From: Pirellula staleyi DSM 6068
GTDB taxonomy: Bacteria > Planctomycetota > Planctomycetia > Pirellulales > Pirellulaceae
Length of the DNA: 32,000 bases
Reading direction: 5' to 3'
Assembly (NCBI GenBank): GCA_000025185.1
Contig: CP001848.1
Coordinates: 2,460,001 to 2,492,000 of the forward strand
Of this stretch, positions 29,985-32,000 are shown in pieces. Position 1 is the stretch's first letter, and each line of letters starts with the position of its first letter. A program made the position numbers and the translations under genes. The notes below the pieces were generated by a model that was not told the origin of the DNA, did no database searches, and saw only the letters and a program-made list of their open reading frames with translations.

Positions 29985-31574
29985 CTACCTTCCTCGCGAG
30001 GGAAACAGGACGGAGCGAATCCCGTAGTAGATCATTCCCAGAATGCCCGAGCCGATGAGGGCGACCGCGAGAAAACCGAAGGTTTTTTCCCCGGGAAAGT
30101 ATTTGCCGTACCGCTGGACGAATCTTATCTCGTGATCGTCCCAAAAGAGTTCGTGGCAATGGGGACAGCGGCTCCCCTCGTAGTAGAGATCGCTCCCTTT
30201 CTGCTTGAGGTCGAGTCCTCCGCGACAGGCACTGCAAAGCCCTTGTCGCGCACTGGTACGACCATCGTAGATCACCTGGGCATAGACTGTTTTCGGTGGA
30301 TCGGGTTGGCGTGTTGGCGGCGAGGTGGAAAATCTCGTCGCTGGAGGGGCGAGCACGGAAGGAAGGGAGCCCACGGGATTCGGAATGCTGGCCAGACCGC
30401 TCGGCATCGACTGCGTCGGAACACTCTTGTAAGGGGACCCGGGATAATCGGTGCTGGGATAGTTTTGCGCCGCCGGAAGTGAGGGAGGAGAGTAGCCCGG
30501 CGGTGTGTAAGACGGAACTGGCGGACTATACGAAGGCACGCTCGGCTGAGGATAGGATGGCTGCGGAGAAGAAGGCTGTGGAAACGACGGTGGACTGCTC
30601 GGCGTATAGCTGGGCATTCCAGTCGCAGGATTCATCGGCGGGCTGGAGGGATAAGTCGAGGCTGGTGAGGGATTGTTCTCAGGAGGTAAGTAGGGTGGCG
30701 GTCCGAAATCGGGCTGTGAAAAAGGAGGGGGCGCAAAGCCACTCGCTTCCGGGCTTGCTGCGGGAGCAGCCTCCGAACGAGCGGCACCGAAATCTCCTGG
30801 CGAAGGCTCAAAACCGGGCGTGTTCGGAACGAAAGCCGGGGCCACATCGGGGAGAGGTTGAGCTGGCATCGTGCGGGGATCCCCCGGAACGAGCGCGCCT
30901 CCCGGCTGTGCCAGTGGGTCTTTGGGCTTGCCAAGGTTGGCGATCATTTCTTCGGTTGGGAGCGAGTCGAGCGAAATGGTGTCACCCCGTGCGGCGAGAA
31001 GCTGGCGCACATACTCCCGATCATCGACCGACAAGAGGACGAACGAAACCTTCGAGACACGCGAAGCACGTTGCAGCACCACATCCGACCCCACTATCCG
31101 CAGGAACTTACCGTTCACGGTGTTCCCTTGCACATCGGTCCAGTCGCGTGCCACTGCTTCACCTGGAGTCGACTTGCCACCGGTGGGACGGCTGCCGCCG
31201 CCCGCTTTAGGTGGCGAGTCGGTGTGGGACGCCGATTTAGGGGGACCAAACGGATCGAACTCTTGGGCCGACCCACTAGCAGTCCCCGGCGAGGATGAAT
31301 CGTTTTGGGGCGGAGCTTCTTTCCCCTCGGCGAGATCGCGAATGATTTGCTGGTCGGCAGGGGCGAACTTCGAAATCGGCAGCGTGACGAACTTCCCCTG
31401 GGTCAAGAACGTGACTTGATCCCCTTCTTGTCTCACGAAAGTGCCGCGCATGTTCCGGCCATCGGCGCCGGTCCAGATACGCTCCTGAGCCGAGGCCAAG
31501 CCAGCCCACAAAATAACCAACACCAGGTGTAGCGACACGCAAAGCAGTCGATTGGCTAGGTTGGGGCGTTTCAT
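29985..31574 (-). CDS. Hypothetical exported/membrane-anchored protein: signal peptide, 2 x SHD1 (SLA1 homology domain 1)-like repeats, long Pro-rich region, C4 zinc ribbon, C-terminal TM helix
   Basis: ATG 31574 (MKRPNLANRLLCVSLHLVLVILWAGLASA|QE); an alternative GTG lies at 31586. The SHD1-like units are RIWTGADGRNMRGTFVRQEGDQVTFLTQGKFVTLPISKFAPADQQIIRDL (31332-31481) and RDWTDVQGNTVNGKFLRIVGSDVVLQRASRVSKVSFVLLSVDDREYVRQL (30996-31148). A Pro/Ser/Tyr-rich region (PSYTPSSPPSFPQPSSPQPSYPQPSVPSYSPPVPSYTPPGYSPP) spans 30297-30914. CSACRG...CPHCHE lies at 30153-30236 and the TM helix FGFLAVALIGSGILGMIYYGI at 30009-30080. Confidence 0.8.
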   Translation of the reverse strand: MKRPNLANRLLCVSLHLVLVILWAGLASAQERIWTGADGRNMRGTFVRQEGDQVTFLTQGKFVTLPISKFAPADQQIIRDLAEGKEAPPQNDSSSPGTASGSAQEFDPFGPPKSASHTDSPPKAGGGSRPTGGKSTPGEAVARDWTDVQGNTVNGKFLRIVGSDVVLQRASRVSKVSFVLLSVDDREYVRQLLAARGDTISLDSLPTEEMIANLGKPKDPLAQPGGALVPGDPRTMPAQPLPDVAPAFVPNTPGFEPSPGDFGAARSEAAPAASPEASGFAPPPFSQPDFGPPPYLPPENNPSPASTYPSSPPMNPATGMPSYTPSSPPSFPQPSSPQPSYPQPSVPSYSPPVPSYTPPGYSPPSLPAAQNYPSTDYPGSPYKSVPTQSMPSGLASIPNPVGSLPSVLAPPATRFSTSPPTRQPDPPKTVYAQVIYDGRTSARQGLCSACRGGLDLKQKGSDLYYEGSRCPHCHELFWDDHEIRFVQRYGKYFPGEKTFGFLAVALIGSGILGMIYYGIRSVLFPSRGR

Positions 31575-31868
31575 ACGCGCACGCACTTCTACATAGTATA
31601 TGGGTGGTGAATATCCCCAATGGTGACTATTTTCAGAGGCCGAGTCAACAGAATTAACTCAGCTATTGGCGAAAATTTACCCACTCAGGGTGGTTCTTTG
31701 GTCGCTCTTGTAGGGGAAGCGTCGCCGGTGACTACCGGTCAGGGAGCTACCCCCTCAAAAAGCAGCCTTGGCTGGGGACGCGATCGCAGCTGGGAGAGAG
31801 CCTCAGGGGAGAAAACTGCGATCGACTGACAGCAATCAACTGATAGTGAGCCAGTCTGTCAGGTACGT

Positions 31869-32000
31869 TTAGTACGTTCTGGTTTCGGGCTCGCGCGACC
31901 AATTCGCCAGCCGCATTCCGATGCCAATCACGGCGACGATACCGATGCCAGCAAACATCCCGGCGTAGACCACCCAGGAAGGGATGCCGCTATCGATCCA
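31869..32000 (-). CDS. 3' end of a membrane protein gene (partial, continues beyond the window)
   Basis: The minus-strand frame entering at 32000 reads WIDSGIPSWVVYAGMFAGIGIVAVIGIGMRLANWSREPETRTY, then TAA (31871-31869). This is a clean TM helix with G/C-rich third positions, and the other two minus-strand frames hit stops quickly. It is not in the ORF track because it is truncated. Confidence 0.45.
   Translation of the reverse strand, partial: WIDSGIPSWVVYAGMFAGIGIVAVIGIGMRLANWSREPETRTY

Noticed and set aside
31575-31868. Hairpins in the intergenic region downstream of the partial minus-strand gene (CGATCGCAG/CTGCGATCG at 31781-31824; CTGACAG/CTGTCAG at 31826-31860), and a TATACT-like box near 31595-31600.
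   Set aside because: The stems enclose 23-26-nt loops and lack an adjacent U-tract, and the -35/-10 spacing is wrong (14 nt). This is not enough to call a terminator or promoter.
1-32000. Search for tRNA/rRNA genes, CRISPR repeats, IS elements, integrases, toxin-antitoxin or defence-system genes, and for an obvious compositional island.
   Set aside because: No T-loop (GGTTCGAAT-type) context, no short direct-repeat/spacer arrays, no transposase or integrase-like ORFs, and no visible GC or codon-style discontinuity between the giant genes and the housekeeping flanks. This was scanned by eye only and not verified computationally.

Overview
GC-rich bacterial chromosomal segment. The protein content points to Planctomycetota, probably a Pirellula/Blastopirellula-like organism (inference): giant secreted multidomain proteins that open with a basic stretch plus an 'LExLExRxxMA' motif, dockerin-type EF-hand repeat pairs, and GEVED and SHD1 domains. 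Gene order, left to right: a secreted parvulin-type PPIase (218-1690 +); citrate synthase gltA (2194-3474 +); a 44-codon basic zinc-ribbon ORF (3641-3775 +); about 870 nt of non-coding DNA; a giant surface-protein gene spanning 4645-20191 (+), read as two ORFs because the frame changes at a C8 run (8332-8339); a second, 1,661-aa dockerin/tandem-repeat adhesin-like gene (20849-25834 +) ending in a strong intrinsic terminator. On the minus strand: a potABCD-type polyamine ABC importer with ATGA overlaps at all three junctions (29773-25922), an SHD1/zinc-ribbon membrane protein (31574-29985), and the 3' end of a membrane protein (32000-31869). I recognised no rRNA, tRNA, CRISPR array, transposase or integrase. 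Most interesting: (1) the homopolymer-linked frame break in a roughly 5,181-codon gene; (2) both giant proteins lack a classical signal peptide but share an N-terminal motif and dockerin-like pairs with no cohesin partner in view; (3) an unnamed, about ten-fold repeated 'FEFD' module; (4) a metzincin-like domain with all zinc and catalytic residues replaced. Everything here comes from reading the sequence and ORF track by eye. No database search or statistics were run.
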